From assembly GCA_001618615.1 (NCBI GenBank), contig LKHB01000226.1:15819-66292 (forward strand): a stretch of DNA of 50,474 nucleotides, written 5' to 3'. Both the position numbers and the translations under genes were made by a program. Source of the DNA: Candidatus Fermentibacter danicus. Its GTDB lineage: Bacteria > Fermentibacterota > Fermentibacteria > Fermentibacterales > Fermentibacteraceae. Positions 18,602 through 27,494 of this stretch are shown in pieces; the first letter of the stretch is position 1; the number at the start of each line of letters is the position of its first letter. The notes under the pieces are model-generated. The model made no database searches and was not told where the DNA came from. It worked only from the letters and a program-made list of their open reading frames with translations.

Positions 18602-20259
18602 CAGTCGCCTCCCGGTTGATCCTGTCTGGAGGAGGTTTCGTCAAAGAAACGGGAGAAGAAATCCCATCTTACATTCCAAGAATACGCCGATCGCAGGCTG
18701 TCTACAAGTCCGGAGACGATCTCCTCCTGCCTGGCCTCGGAGATGAGCCGTGTCAGGACGGCCCTGGATTCCTCGAACGAGGCTTCGTTCTCCGGGAAAA
18801 CCTCCTCGAGTTCGAGATAGAGCATGCCGCCGCGGGACAGCGTGCAGGCGAGGGAGCCGCCGGCTGCGAGCGAGAAGGCGGCCTCCCGGGCGTCCTCGGG
18901 GATGTCCGCCGCTTCGAGCGGTCTCGTGAGCGCCGTGCCGGTGTCCGCCATGATGGCCGCCGGAACCGTCAGATCATCCAGGCGGGAGAATGGATCCCGG
19001 CCCGATTCCAGCAGTGTGCCGAGCAGCTCCATCTGCTCGCCGGGAGAGGCGTAGACGAGTCTGAAGACCCTGCGCTCGGGATTGATCAGCATGCCCCTGT
19101 TCGCGTTCCATGTGTCCAGCAGATCCTGCTCGCTCACAACGAGCCTGGGGCTGACCACGGCGTCGTACCATGCATCGAGGAGCACGTTCTCCCTGTCGAT
19201 CCGGATGTTCCTCGAAACTTCGGAGTGCTCGTCCAAACCGAGTTCCACCGCCCTCGCTGCCATTATGTCGTACAGACCCATGAGATTGCAGAAGTCCGCG
19301 ACCCAGGCGCTGTCTCCGGCCTGTCTCGGCAACTGCTCGGGCATGTTCCTGATGCAGCAGGCCAGGGATATGACCGTTCGCTCCCCCCCGTCCCAGGTGT
19401 ACGCAGCCGTTCCGGCTTCGGAATCCGTATAGGGGGAGAACGTTCCGAGGGGGTCGAGGGCATGCGAGGATATCATTCCAGGCGCGAGCGGGTTGATCGA
19501 GAGGTGATATGCTTCGACCAGGCTGTCCTCGAGGGTGTGTTTGTAGTCCTCGGAGAGATGAGCCCAGATGAAGTCGTGAATCCGGGTACGGACGGAGTCG
19601 AGAGGAGGAACCTCGACCCGGTACACCGAATCGAGCAGGAGGAAGCGCCACCCGGAGGGCGAATGGATGATCGGGGACAGATCGCCCTGGGAGAGCCCCG
19701 AAAGAAGGATTCTGTCGTTGCCGACGAGCCGCATCCTGTCCGTAGGGCCGCAACGCCCTCCTGTGGCCCTGTCCTGCAGGATTACGGTGTTCCCGGCCGC
19801 CAGAACCCGCGCATCCGCACCTCTCGCCACGAGTGTCCGCAGGCTGTCCGCCGTGAGGCTGTCGTCGCTCTGGATGGCCGTATAGACCAGCATTTCACCC
19901 ATGCCGGAGTAGAAGGAGAGGATCGTATCCTCCGGGACGGGAACCATGCCGAGCTTGTACTGGAGATAGATGTACTGAAGGTGTGACCGCGCCTTGTCGT
20001 ACATGGCGCTTTCGATCTCGGGATCGGAGTTGAGCCCGCGTCTGCAGGCGTCTTCGAGAATCAGGAGACGATTGAGGCCGGCTTCGGCGTAGGCCGTCAC
20101 GGCGGCGGAATCGCCACGGAGACGCTCGAGATCACGGGCGGAATCGTCGATGGACAGCGATCTGCCCTCTACGGTGATCGCCGCCGGATCGTCCGCACTC
20201 CGGCATGCGGAGCCCGCCGACAGAGCGATCAGAATCGAGCAGAGCAGAACATGGCGCAT
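18601..20259 (-). CDS. PrsA/SurA-like peptidyl-prolyl isomerase or chaperone lipoprotein
   Basis: Lipobox-like SAGSAC; two parvulin-like halves (GDLSPIIHSPSGW; AAFSLAAG; SFEESRA). Confidence 0.65.
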   Translation of the reverse strand: MRHVLLCSILIALSAGSACRSADDPAAITVEGRSLSIDDSARDLERLRGDSAAVTAYAEAGLNRLLILEDACRRGLNSDPEIESAMYDKARSHLQYIYLQYKLGMVPVPEDTILSFYSGMGEMLVYTAIQSDDSLTADSLRTLVARGADARVLAAGNTVILQDRATGGRCGPTDRMRLVGNDRILLSGLSQGDLSPIIHSPSGWRFLLLDSVYRVEVPPLDSVRTRIHDFIWAHLSEDYKHTLEDSLVEAYHLSINPLAPGMISSHALDPLGTFSPYTDSEAGTAAYTWDGGERTVISLACCIRNMPEQLPRQAGDSAWVADFCNLMGLYDIMAARAVELGLDEHSEVSRNIRIDRENVLLDAWYDAVVSPRLVVSEQDLLDTWNANRGMLINPERRVFRLVYASPGEQMELLGTLLESGRDPFSRLDDLTVPAAIMADTGTALTRPLEAADIPEDAREAAFSLAAGGSLACTLSRGGMLYLELEEVFPENEASFEESRAVLTRLISEARQEEIVSGLVDSLRSAYSWNVRWDFFSRFFDETSSRQDQPGGD

Positions 20260-20386
20260 TGAACACCCCCGGTGGCATGAAGCCAGAGTGTGGAGTTGCA
20301 TTCCAGAATCTCTCTAATGTAGGTTCGAGCGGTGTGCTGTCAACGGTTTCCCGCTTCGAGAAGGCAACCCGGAGGAGCTTCACGAC

Positions 20387-21715
20387 ATGATCCCTGCAAT
20401 TATGCTGACGATTTCCGCCCTCTTTGCCGCGATTCCCCAGCCCGCCCCGGCATGGAGGACAGGAATGCTAGCCATAGACGCGGGAACCGGAGAGACGATC
20501 CTGGAATCCAGATCCGACGAACTCTTCAGGCCGGCTTCGACCGTAAAACTGATCACCACGCTGCTGGCGTTCAGAACGCTCGGTCCTTCACGCATCATCC
20601 TGACCCATGTCGTGGCGGACCATGCCGCCGGCGCCGTCTATCTCATCGGTTCGGGAGCCCCTTTGATCGAACCCGACGATATCGAGCGCGCCGCCGTGGA
20701 GGCCTCAGCCGAGCTTGGCGGAGGTTCCTGGAGGCTTTTCTTCGACACCTCCGTATTCGCCGATTCAAACAGGTGCCCGGGCTGGGAACAGGCGGACTGG
20801 GCGAGGGTCTATTGCCCCCCGGTGGAGGCTCTTACCCTCGGCGACAACGTGCTGGAGCTGGTGATCTCCTCCAGGGGCGGGGCGGTTACGGTCGAGGAGT
20901 ATCCGGAACTTCCGGGCCTCCAGCTCAGAGGATCGGTCAACATCCGGGCGGGAGGGGAACCGACCGCGAGACCCGAAGGCTGGGAGACTGCTTCGCCTGT
21001 CATCGTCCTCGGCGGAGCGATCCCCCCCGACTCCACGGTCATCGTCTATGTGCCGTTCGCCGGGGCGCCCCGGCAGTTCTCGGAGGTGTTCGCCGCCGAG
21101 CTGGAATCGCGGGGAGTCGGAGTATCGTCGATCGGGCGGGGACGACCTTCATCCGGCGCCGTACTGGATACGGTGGCGGTGATACGCTCGCGTCCCCTCA
21201 GCGAGTTAGCCGCACAGATGAACAAGTGGAGCATGAACGTGGTGGCGGAACTCATCCTCCGGGTGGCGGCCGGCGACCCGGAAACAGGCGTGGCCACGAC
21301 CGCGGCCGGATGCGAGATGGCCGGAAGAATGCTGGCCGAACTTCATGGAGTGGAGGGAACCCAGCTCGCCGACGGCTCGGGCCTTTCCCGGCTGAACAGG
21401 ATCGCCCCGGCCCAGCTCGTAAGCGTTCTGCTGGAGGGCATCGGATCACTCGAGTGGGGGCCGGAGTTCGTCTCGTCGCTGGCGGTCAACGGAGTCGACG
21501 GGACCATGGCTACCCGGCTCGCCGACCTCCCGCCGGGGGCTTTCAGGGGCAAGACCGGATCTCTGAACGATACCGCCACGCTCGCGGGAATGATCTACAC
21601 GGCGGGGGGCAGAAGTATCGCCATGGCGGTGCTGTGCGAGGTGCCCCAGGGGTCGGTGTACGCGGCGAGGAACTGGCAGGATGCCCTGGTACGGCAGCTC
21701 TATTCCTGCTACTGA
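20387..21715 (+). CDS. dacB: D-Ala-D-Ala carboxypeptidase/endopeptidase (PBP4, peptidase S13)
   Basis: Signal peptide; PASTVK (SxxK), SMN, DGSGLSR, KTGSL. Confidence 0.9.
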   Translation: MIPAIMLTISALFAAIPQPAPAWRTGMLAIDAGTGETILESRSDELFRPASTVKLITTLLAFRTLGPSRIILTHVVADHAAGAVYLIGSGAPLIEPDDIERAAVEASAELGGGSWRLFFDTSVFADSNRCPGWEQADWARVYCPPVEALTLGDNVLELVISSRGGAVTVEEYPELPGLQLRGSVNIRAGGEPTARPEGWETASPVIVLGGAIPPDSTVIVYVPFAGAPRQFSEVFAAELESRGVGVSSIGRGRPSSGAVLDTVAVIRSRPLSELAAQMNKWSMNVVAELILRVAAGDPETGVATTAAGCEMAGRMLAELHGVEGTQLADGSGLSRLNRIAPAQLVSVLLEGIGSLEWGPEFVSSLAVNGVDGTMATRLADLPPGAFRGKTGSLNDTATLAGMIYTAGGRSIAMAVLCEVPQGSVYAARNWQDALVRQLYSCY

Positions 21716-22434
21716 GCGGTCCCTGCGGATCTGGAACGCCCCAGGCGCAGGCGGATCGGCGTAAAGAACGACTCCAGGAGAATCCTGGACGAAATCTTGG
21801 ATGCTCCGTGCTCCCTCTCGACGAAGACTATCGGAACCTCGCCGATCGACAGGCCCTGGCGCCAGGCCCGGTGGAGCATCTCCACCAGGAAGGCGTATCC
21901 TCCGGCATAGCGCCTGCCGAGCAGCAACCCTTCGAGCCTGTCGGCCCTTATCCCCCGGAAACCGCTGGTACAGTCAGAGAAAGGCAGACCCGTGACGCCT
22001 TTTATGTAGGCATTGGCCGAATAGCTCAGGTTCAGCCGCATTATCGACCAGTTCAGCACGCTCACGCCTCTCGTGTACCTCGAACCCAGTACCATGTCGT
22101 ATTCCGAGAGGGCTTCGTCGAGGGCCGTGAGGTGGACGGGCTGATGGGACAGGTCTGCGTCCATCATGAACACTCTCCTCCAGCGGCCCATCCCGAGGAG
22201 CATCCTGAACCCGTCCTCGTAGGCGCGGCCCAGGCCCTTTTCGCCGGTCCGCCTCAGCAGCATGACTCCGGGGTCTTCCGACATCACTTCCTCGACGACG
22301 CCGGCCGTACCGTCCGGCGACGAATCGTCGACGAAGAGGATGCCGAAATCGCATGCGCCGCGGATCGCGGCGTGCAGCTCCCTGATGTTCTCCGACTCGT
22401 TGTAGGTCGGGATTACGATCAGGCGGTCCGACAT
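21709..22434 (-). CDS. Polyprenol monophosphomannose synthase-like GT2 glycosyltransferase
   Basis: IPTYNESENI, VDDSSPDGT, MDADLSH, DCTSGFR, EVPIVFVER..G.SK. Confidence 0.9.
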   Translation of the reverse strand: MSDRLIVIPTYNESENIRELHAAIRGACDFGILFVDDSSPDGTAGVVEEVMSEDPGVMLLRRTGEKGLGRAYEDGFRMLLGMGRWRRVFMMDADLSHQPVHLTALDEALSEYDMVLGSRYTRGVSVLNWSIMRLNLSYSANAYIKGVTGLPFSDCTSGFRGIRADRLEGLLLGRRYAGGYAFLVEMLHRAWRQGLSIGEVPIVFVEREHGASKISSRILLESFFTPIRLRLGRSRSAGTAQ

Positions 22435-22438
22435 CCCG

Positions 22439-23002
22439 TCAGCTCTTGACCCGTTCGATGTACGTGTCGGTGCGGGTGTCGACCCTGATCTTCTCGCCCT
22501 CCTTGAGGAAGAGAGGCACCTGGACGACCAGACCGGTCTCGAGAGTGGCGGGCTTCGATCCGCCGCTCGCCGTGTCGCCCTTAAGGCCGGGGTCGGTTTC
22601 GACGATAGTCAGTTCGACGAACGTGGGCGGCTCTATGGAGATCGGCTCCGAGCCGTTGAACAGGACCTCGAGCCGGCTGTTGTCCACGAGATACAGCGAT
22701 GCGTCGCCTACGACCCTGTCGTCCAGGATGATCTGCTCGAAGGATTCGGGGTCCATTACGACCAGACCCTCCTCCGTCCTGTACAGCATCTCGAATTCCC
22801 GGCGCTCGAGCCTGACGTCCTTCACCTTCTCGCCGGAGCGCCAGCTACGGTCCAGAACCTTCCCCGACTGGAGCTCCCGGAGCCGCGTGCGTATGAAAGC
22901 CGGTCCCTTCCCGGGCTTGACGTGCTGGTACTCCAGTACGAGGAAAAGCGACCCGTCTACTTCGATTACGACACCCTTCCGGAGATCGGTAGTGTAGATC
23001 AT
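22439..23002 (-). CDS. efp: Elongation factor P
   Basis: HVKPGKGPAF, PGLKGDTA, KPATLETG, VPLF. Confidence 0.97.
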   Translation of the reverse strand: MIYTTDLRKGVVIEVDGSLFLVLEYQHVKPGKGPAFIRTRLRELQSGKVLDRSWRSGEKVKDVRLERREFEMLYRTEEGLVVMDPESFEQIILDDRVVGDASLYLVDNSRLEVLFNGSEPISIEPPTFVELTIVETDPGLKGDTASGGSKPATLETGLVVQVPLFLKEGEKIRVDTRTDTYIERVKS

Positions 23003-23022
23003 GTCGGAAACCTCTCAGCCTT

Positions 23023-23478
23023 TCAGCTTCTTTTCGTGATCATGTCCCTGGCGAGTTCCATTGCCAGCCTGTAGCCGGCCGGACCTGCGCCGCAGATGAG
23101 GGCGTCCGCCGCACGCGCGGTGACGAGCACCCGCCTTTCCGGCTCCCTGGCCATCACCTGGCTCAGATGGACCTCTATGACCGGTCCATCGAAACCCTGC
23201 ATGGCATCCTGAATCGCGATAGAACCGTGCGAGTAGCCTCCGGGATTGACTATCAGGGCGTCCAGACGCCCCGAGGCCCTCCAGATGGCCCCTATCATGC
23301 CGCCCTCGTCGTCATGCTGAGCCGTCTCGACAGACATGCCCAGTTCGACCGCCCAGGCCTCGATGGACCTGACCAGGTCGTCATGGCTGCCAGGACCGTA
23401 GACTCCGGGTTCGCGCCGGCCCAGCGCGCCGAGGTTGGGGCCGTCGAGGACCAGGACGGAGGGCTTGTCCCCGGGCAT
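23023..23478 (-). CDS. aroQ: Type II 3-dehydroquinate dehydratase
   Basis: GPNLGALGRREPGVYG, NPGGYSH, IEVHLS. Confidence 0.92.
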   Translation of the reverse strand: MPGDKPSVLVLDGPNLGALGRREPGVYGPGSHDDLVRSIEAWAVELGMSVETAQHDDEGGMIGAIWRASGRLDALIVNPGGYSHGSIAIQDAMQGFDGPVIEVHLSQVMAREPERRVLVTARAADALICGAGPAGYRLAMELARDMITKRS

Positions 23479-23484
23479 CAGGCT

Positions 23485-24741
23485 CTACTTCTCCTCCTGG
23501 CGGTACGGCTCCAGGAAGAGTTCCGACCTCTCCTCCGGGGAGAACAGGTCGAGGAGGCTGCGGGGCTCCCTCCTCAGATTCCGGGCATTGTCCGCCTCTT
23601 CTGCAGGAACGGTCGCAGCTCCCGAGCCTGCCGCCGAGGTCGCGTCCAGGGGAGGAGCCGGCGCCACCCCCTGCTCTTTCAGAATCTTCTCCATCCTCCC
23701 GGTCTTGGGGAAGGACACGGGCCTGTCCTCCTCGGGAGCCTGCAGGGAGTCCTCCTCCGTGACCGCCTCTGCCGCGGCATCCTCGGGAGAGGCTCCGGAA
23801 GACTCGCGGACCACCTCCTGACCGGATGTCCCCTGTCCGTCCGGGGTCTGCCCGAAGACATCCTCCGGGGCGGCCTCGACGGCGGGAGAGACAGGCTCGA
23901 CCTGGGCGTCCGCACGATCCGGCGCGTGGGCGGCTTCGGTCTCCGCCCGGGCGGAAGGCGGCTCCGGGCTCACCGGAGTTTCCTCAGCCGCGGGTTCGTA
24001 GGATGGGGTTTCCATGACGGGGGCGGCCTGAACGGCGGGTTCCTGTTCAGAGAAGGAGGATTCGAGAACGGAATCGGCCTGCACGGCCGGTTCCGGTTCA
24101 GGGGTTTCGGTAACGGGAGCGGCCTGCGTCTGTTCTGCAGCGGGCTCTTCCGGAGGAATGGGTTCGTGGACGGAAGGCGCCGTCTCGGCCTGAGCGGCTT
24201 CAGGGACGGGGGCGGCCTGAACGGCCGGGGAGGGTTCATGCTCGACGACCGGAGGAGCTTCGGGAACAGGCTCGGAAGGCTCTGCCTCCAAAGGAGGCCG
24301 ATAGGCCGGAGGGAGGGATGCGGCGCTCGCGGCCAGCCCCTTCGCCTCATGGAACTTCTGTTCGGCCTCATTGTCGCCGGGGTTCTCGAACAGGTAGTCT
24401 CCATAGTACTTCAGGGCATCGTTGAACCGGCCGTCGGCAACCGAGATCTCGGCCAGATTCTTGAGAGCGACGAGGTTGAAAGGATCGGCCTTCAGCACTT
24501 CCTCGAATGTGGAGCGGGCGCCTTCGGTGTCCCCGGTGCCTCTGAGACAGCGGGCGATGACCACCCGGATGGAGACGTTTGCCGGCCATTCGGCCTTGCC
24601 GCGCCTCGATACCTCGAGAGCCTCGTCGTTTCGCCCCGCCACCCGCAGCCGGTCCGCGAGCCTGGCACAGACGACGGGCGAGGGATTCGCTATCCAGTCC
24701 TCGTAGAGCTGTCGGATCTCGGCCTCGAGAGACTCACTCAT
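23485..24741 (-). CDS. TPR-domain protein with long Pro/Glu/Ala-rich C-terminal region
   Basis: TPR-like helices (LARCL...ARSTFEEVLKADPFN...ALKNLAEI) then low-complexity repeats; ATG at 24741. Confidence 0.75.
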   Translation of the reverse strand: MSESLEAEIRQLYEDWIANPSPVVCARLADRLRVAGRNDEALEVSRRGKAEWPANVSIRVVIARCLRGTGDTEGARSTFEEVLKADPFNLVALKNLAEISVADGRFNDALKYYGDYLFENPGDNEAEQKFHEAKGLAASAASLPPAYRPPLEAEPSEPVPEAPPVVEHEPSPAVQAAPVPEAAQAETAPSVHEPIPPEEPAAEQTQAAPVTETPEPEPAVQADSVLESSFSEQEPAVQAAPVMETPSYEPAAEETPVSPEPPSARAETEAAHAPDRADAQVEPVSPAVEAAPEDVFGQTPDGQGTSGQEVVRESSGASPEDAAAEAVTEEDSLQAPEEDRPVSFPKTGRMEKILKEQGVAPAPPLDATSAAGSGAATVPAEEADNARNLRREPRSLLDLFSPEERSELFLEPYRQEEK

Positions 24742-25693
24742 CCTGGTCCTCCACTGCGAAGGTGTCCATGAGGATCCAGCCCTCGCGGATGAATGGCTCC
24801 TTCTCCCCGCCGGGGTTGAAAACCTCGGCATCCAGGATGAAGGATCCTGTCCCGCCCCGGAGAACATAGCTCGTAAAGCCGCCTGCGTTAAGGTGGTGAG
24901 GGTTGATCCAGGCGCCGGTCAGCCGCCATCCGGACAATCCGCCGCGCTCGATGGGCAGGATCTCGAGCCTGGATATGTCCACGGAATCCTGCGAGGCGTT
25001 GTAGAAGAACCTGCGCGCCATTTCCTGGCGCCAGGAGACTGCTCCGGCCGCATCGGACGGGCCGGGCTGCCCGGTCCAGCGAATGCTGACCATCATCAGC
25101 CCCTCGTTGGAGACCCGGCGCTGGAACTGGATGAATCCGTCATCGGGGCGCCACTCCCTCGTGGAATACGAGCGTGGAACGTCCATGACGAATCCCAGCG
25201 AGGCCAGGCTGTCCATTCTCTCCGGGCTGCTCATCGACGTGCTGACGAACTCCTTGAACAGATAGGTCCGGAGATGACGGTGATAGGCGGCTTCAAGGCT
25301 GTCGGACAGCGCCTCCGGGTCGAAATCGCCGGGCACCGCTCCGAAGACCCTCTGATCCCGGGCCCAGACATCCCTTGCGGACGAGATTCCGCCCCCGCCC
25401 CGGAGCTGCCTCGGCAGCGCCTCCACACTGTCCGCGAGGAACAGGATCGTTCTCCTGCTCCTGAGAGTGCCGGCGAACGTGCTGTCGGTACAGAACGCGA
25501 AGGTGAAGACGGGCTCGGGGTCTATCGTCCGTATCGTCCTCTGGAGAAGTGTCGAGACGCTGTCCGCCATCCGCTCCGACCCGGCGGGATAGACGATGAG
25601 CACGCCCTCGATGGGGCCTTCCGAGCCCTTCATGCAGCCGGCGGCGAACAGCAGAGCCGCGACGAGAACGATCGCAGCCGGCGGGCGGATCAC
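24734..25693 (-). CDS. DUF4837-like lipoprotein
   Basis: GTG at 25693 overlaps the upstream stop; lipobox LLFAAGC; motifs EPVF, DVWARDQ, GAW..AGGF.SY, PGGEK resemble DUF4837 (from recall). Confidence 0.6.
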   Translation of the reverse strand: MIRPPAAIVLVAALLFAAGCMKGSEGPIEGVLIVYPAGSERMADSVSTLLQRTIRTIDPEPVFTFAFCTDSTFAGTLRSRRTILFLADSVEALPRQLRGGGGISSARDVWARDQRVFGAVPGDFDPEALSDSLEAAYHRHLRTYLFKEFVSTSMSSPERMDSLASLGFVMDVPRSYSTREWRPDDGFIQFQRRVSNEGLMMVSIRWTGQPGPSDAAGAVSWRQEMARRFFYNASQDSVDISRLEILPIERGGLSGWRLTGAWINPHHLNAGGFTSYVLRGGTGSFILDAEVFNPGGEKEPFIREGWILMDTFAVEDQDE

Positions 25694-26043
25694 TTTCGCC
25701 TCCTCGAGAACAGGGGGAAGACCGTCCGCATGACTCCGAGAGCCAGCGGTACGTACCTGATTATCCCTGCGGCCACTGGATGGCCGCCGTCCCTGCTTAT
25801 GACCTCCACCGCCGACGTGATCGACCCGGCGGTCCTCGCAAGCTCCCTGCCGGTTCTGTCGAAGCTCTCCAGTGTGGAGCCGATCCGCGGGAGCAGGGCC
25901 GACACATCCCTCTGGAGGCGTTCGACGGAGGCTTCCAGCTTGCCCAGCGTTCTGTGGGCCTGCACCGCAGCGGCGATCACGATCGTTACTGCAGCCCAGA
26001 GACCGACTACGCCTATGAGAACTATTATTTCGAGAGCGCCCAT
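25690..26043 (-). CDS. DUF948-like membrane-anchored coiled-coil protein
   Basis: N-terminal TM followed by a heptad-rich helix, 117 aa. Confidence 0.55.
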   Translation of the reverse strand: MGALEIIVLIGVVGLWAAVTIVIAAAVQAHRTLGKLEASVERLQRDVSALLPRIGSTLESFDRTGRELARTAGSITSAVEVISRDGGHPVAAGIIRYVPLALGVMRTVFPLFSRRRK

Positions 26044-26233
26044 GACGATCCCCCCGATTGTTCATGCCGGGCGCGGCACCGGCGGCACCCGCAATGACTC
26101 ATCCTCCGACGGCTCGGATGGAGTCGTCGCCGCCGGGCTGCGATACCTCAGTACTATGACGGGTTTTGCTCCGGCCGGGTATGGGCCGGCTGCGCGAAGA
26201 GATCCGGGTGGAGTGACGGAGAGACCCAGGGGA

Positions 26234-27085
26234 TCAGGCGGACCCGCGGGCGCCTCTGCCGGCCCGGCATCGAACCGTGTTCGACATGAGCATCGCGATG
26301 GTCAGCGGTCCGACCCCGCCGGGGACCGGAGACAGATGGGAGGCGACAGGCTCGACTTCCTCGAAGAGAACGTCCCCGCGGGGCGAGCCGTCGACGTAAG
26401 TGGTTCCTACGTCTATCACGACGGCGCCTTCGCGGACCCATGAACCCCTGATGAGCCCCGGAACGCCCACGGCCGAAACCAGTATGTCGGCCGAACGGCA
26501 GAGCGACTGGAGATCGGCGGTCCGCGAGTGGGCGACCGTAACGGTGGCATTGGCGGCCAGCAGCATCGCGGCCATGGGTTTGCCTACGATCGTGCTCCTT
26601 CCCAGGACGACGGCGTGCCTGCCCTCGGGCTTGATTCCGTATTCCGACAGGAGGCGCATGATCCCTGCGGGAGTGCAGGGGAGGAGGCAGTCCTCCCCTC
26701 TCCAGAGCCTTCCGACATTCATGGGGTGGAAGCCGTCGACGTCCTTGGAGGGATCGACGGCCGAGGCTACCACGGAGGGGCTGATCCCGGACGGGAGAGG
26801 GAGCTGGCAGAGTATGGCATCCACGGATGTGTCCGAATTGAGAGCGGCTATCTCGGCCAGAACGGCCTGCTGCGTGGAATCCGGGGGCATCTCCACCAGG
26901 TGGGACTCTATCCCGTTTCTGGCGCAGGCCTTTCGCTTGGATCGGACGTAGCCCCTGCTGGCCGGGTCGTCCCCTGCGAGGACCACGGCGAGGCCCGGCG
27001 GCTCATCTCCGAATGCAGCGGCGCGCTCCTTCGCCTCAGCCTCTATCCGGCGGGCGAGGTCCCTCCCGGAGAGCAGGATTGCCAA
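26234..27085 (-). CDS. folD: Bifunctional methylenetetrahydrofolate dehydrogenase/cyclohydrolase
   Basis: YVRSK, QLPLP, KDVDGFHP, PCTPAG, GRSTIVGKP, PVPGGVGPLT. Confidence 0.96.
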   Translation of the reverse strand: MAILLSGRDLARRIEAEAKERAAAFGDEPPGLAVVLAGDDPASRGYVRSKRKACARNGIESHLVEMPPDSTQQAVLAEIAALNSDTSVDAILCQLPLPSGISPSVVASAVDPSKDVDGFHPMNVGRLWRGEDCLLPCTPAGIMRLLSEYGIKPEGRHAVVLGRSTIVGKPMAAMLLAANATVTVAHSRTADLQSLCRSADILVSAVGVPGLIRGSWVREGAVVIDVGTTYVDGSPRGDVLFEEVEPVASHLSPVPGGVGPLTIAMLMSNTVRCRAGRGARGSA

Positions 27086-27094
27086 GCGCCCTCC

Positions 27095-27409
27095 CTAGCT
27101 GCCGGAAATCTCCATGATTTCCACGTTGGTGATGTCCTGCCTGTGTCCCGTGAGCTTCTCATGACCCTTGCGGCGCTTGCGGCGGAAGACGCTTATCTTG
27201 GGCCCCCGGGCGTGAGATATGATGCGGGCCTTTACCGATGCGTCGGCTATGACCGGCGTACCTATCTTCACCCCGTCGGCGCTCGAGATTAGCATCACCC
27301 TGTCGAACGAGACCGTCTCGCCCTCCGACGTGGACAGCCTGCCCACGGCCAGTTTCATGCCGGGCTCGACCCTGTATTGGAGCCCGCCAGTCTCTATAAC
27401 AGCGTACAC
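27095..27409 (-). CDS. rplU: 50S ribosomal protein L21
   Basis: GTG at 27409 with GGAGG RBS; YAVIETGGLQYRV, RRK, GHRQ. Confidence 0.96.
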   Translation of the reverse strand: MYAVIETGGLQYRVEPGMKLAVGRLSTSEGETVSFDRVMLISSADGVKIGTPVIADASVKARIISHARGPKISVFRRKRRKGHEKLTGHRQDITNVEIMEISGS

Positions 27410-27448
27410 GATACACCTCCGGGATCGGATATCGGGAAAATACCCGCA

Positions 27449-27478
27449 TTTATAGGCCCCATGAACGGCATCGGTCAA
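27449..27478 (-). promoter_or_regulatory. sigma70-like promoter of rplU
   Basis: TTGACC-18 nt-TATAAA upstream of rplU. Confidence 0.45.
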
Positions 27479-27494
27479 CCCGGGCCGTCCGGAC

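Noticed and set aside
20332-22449. Long alternative-frame and antisense ORFs (e.g. 20332-22449, 35077-37266, 40481-42304, 43669-45468)
   Set aside because: They are shadow ORFs of high-GC coding DNA overlapping well-supported genes, with R/G/P-rich composition and no motifs.
26044-26233. Riboswitch or small ORF between folD and the DUF948-like gene
   Set aside because: Only short GC hairpins and no recognisable aptamer consensus; the small Cys-rich ORF has no RBS spacing.
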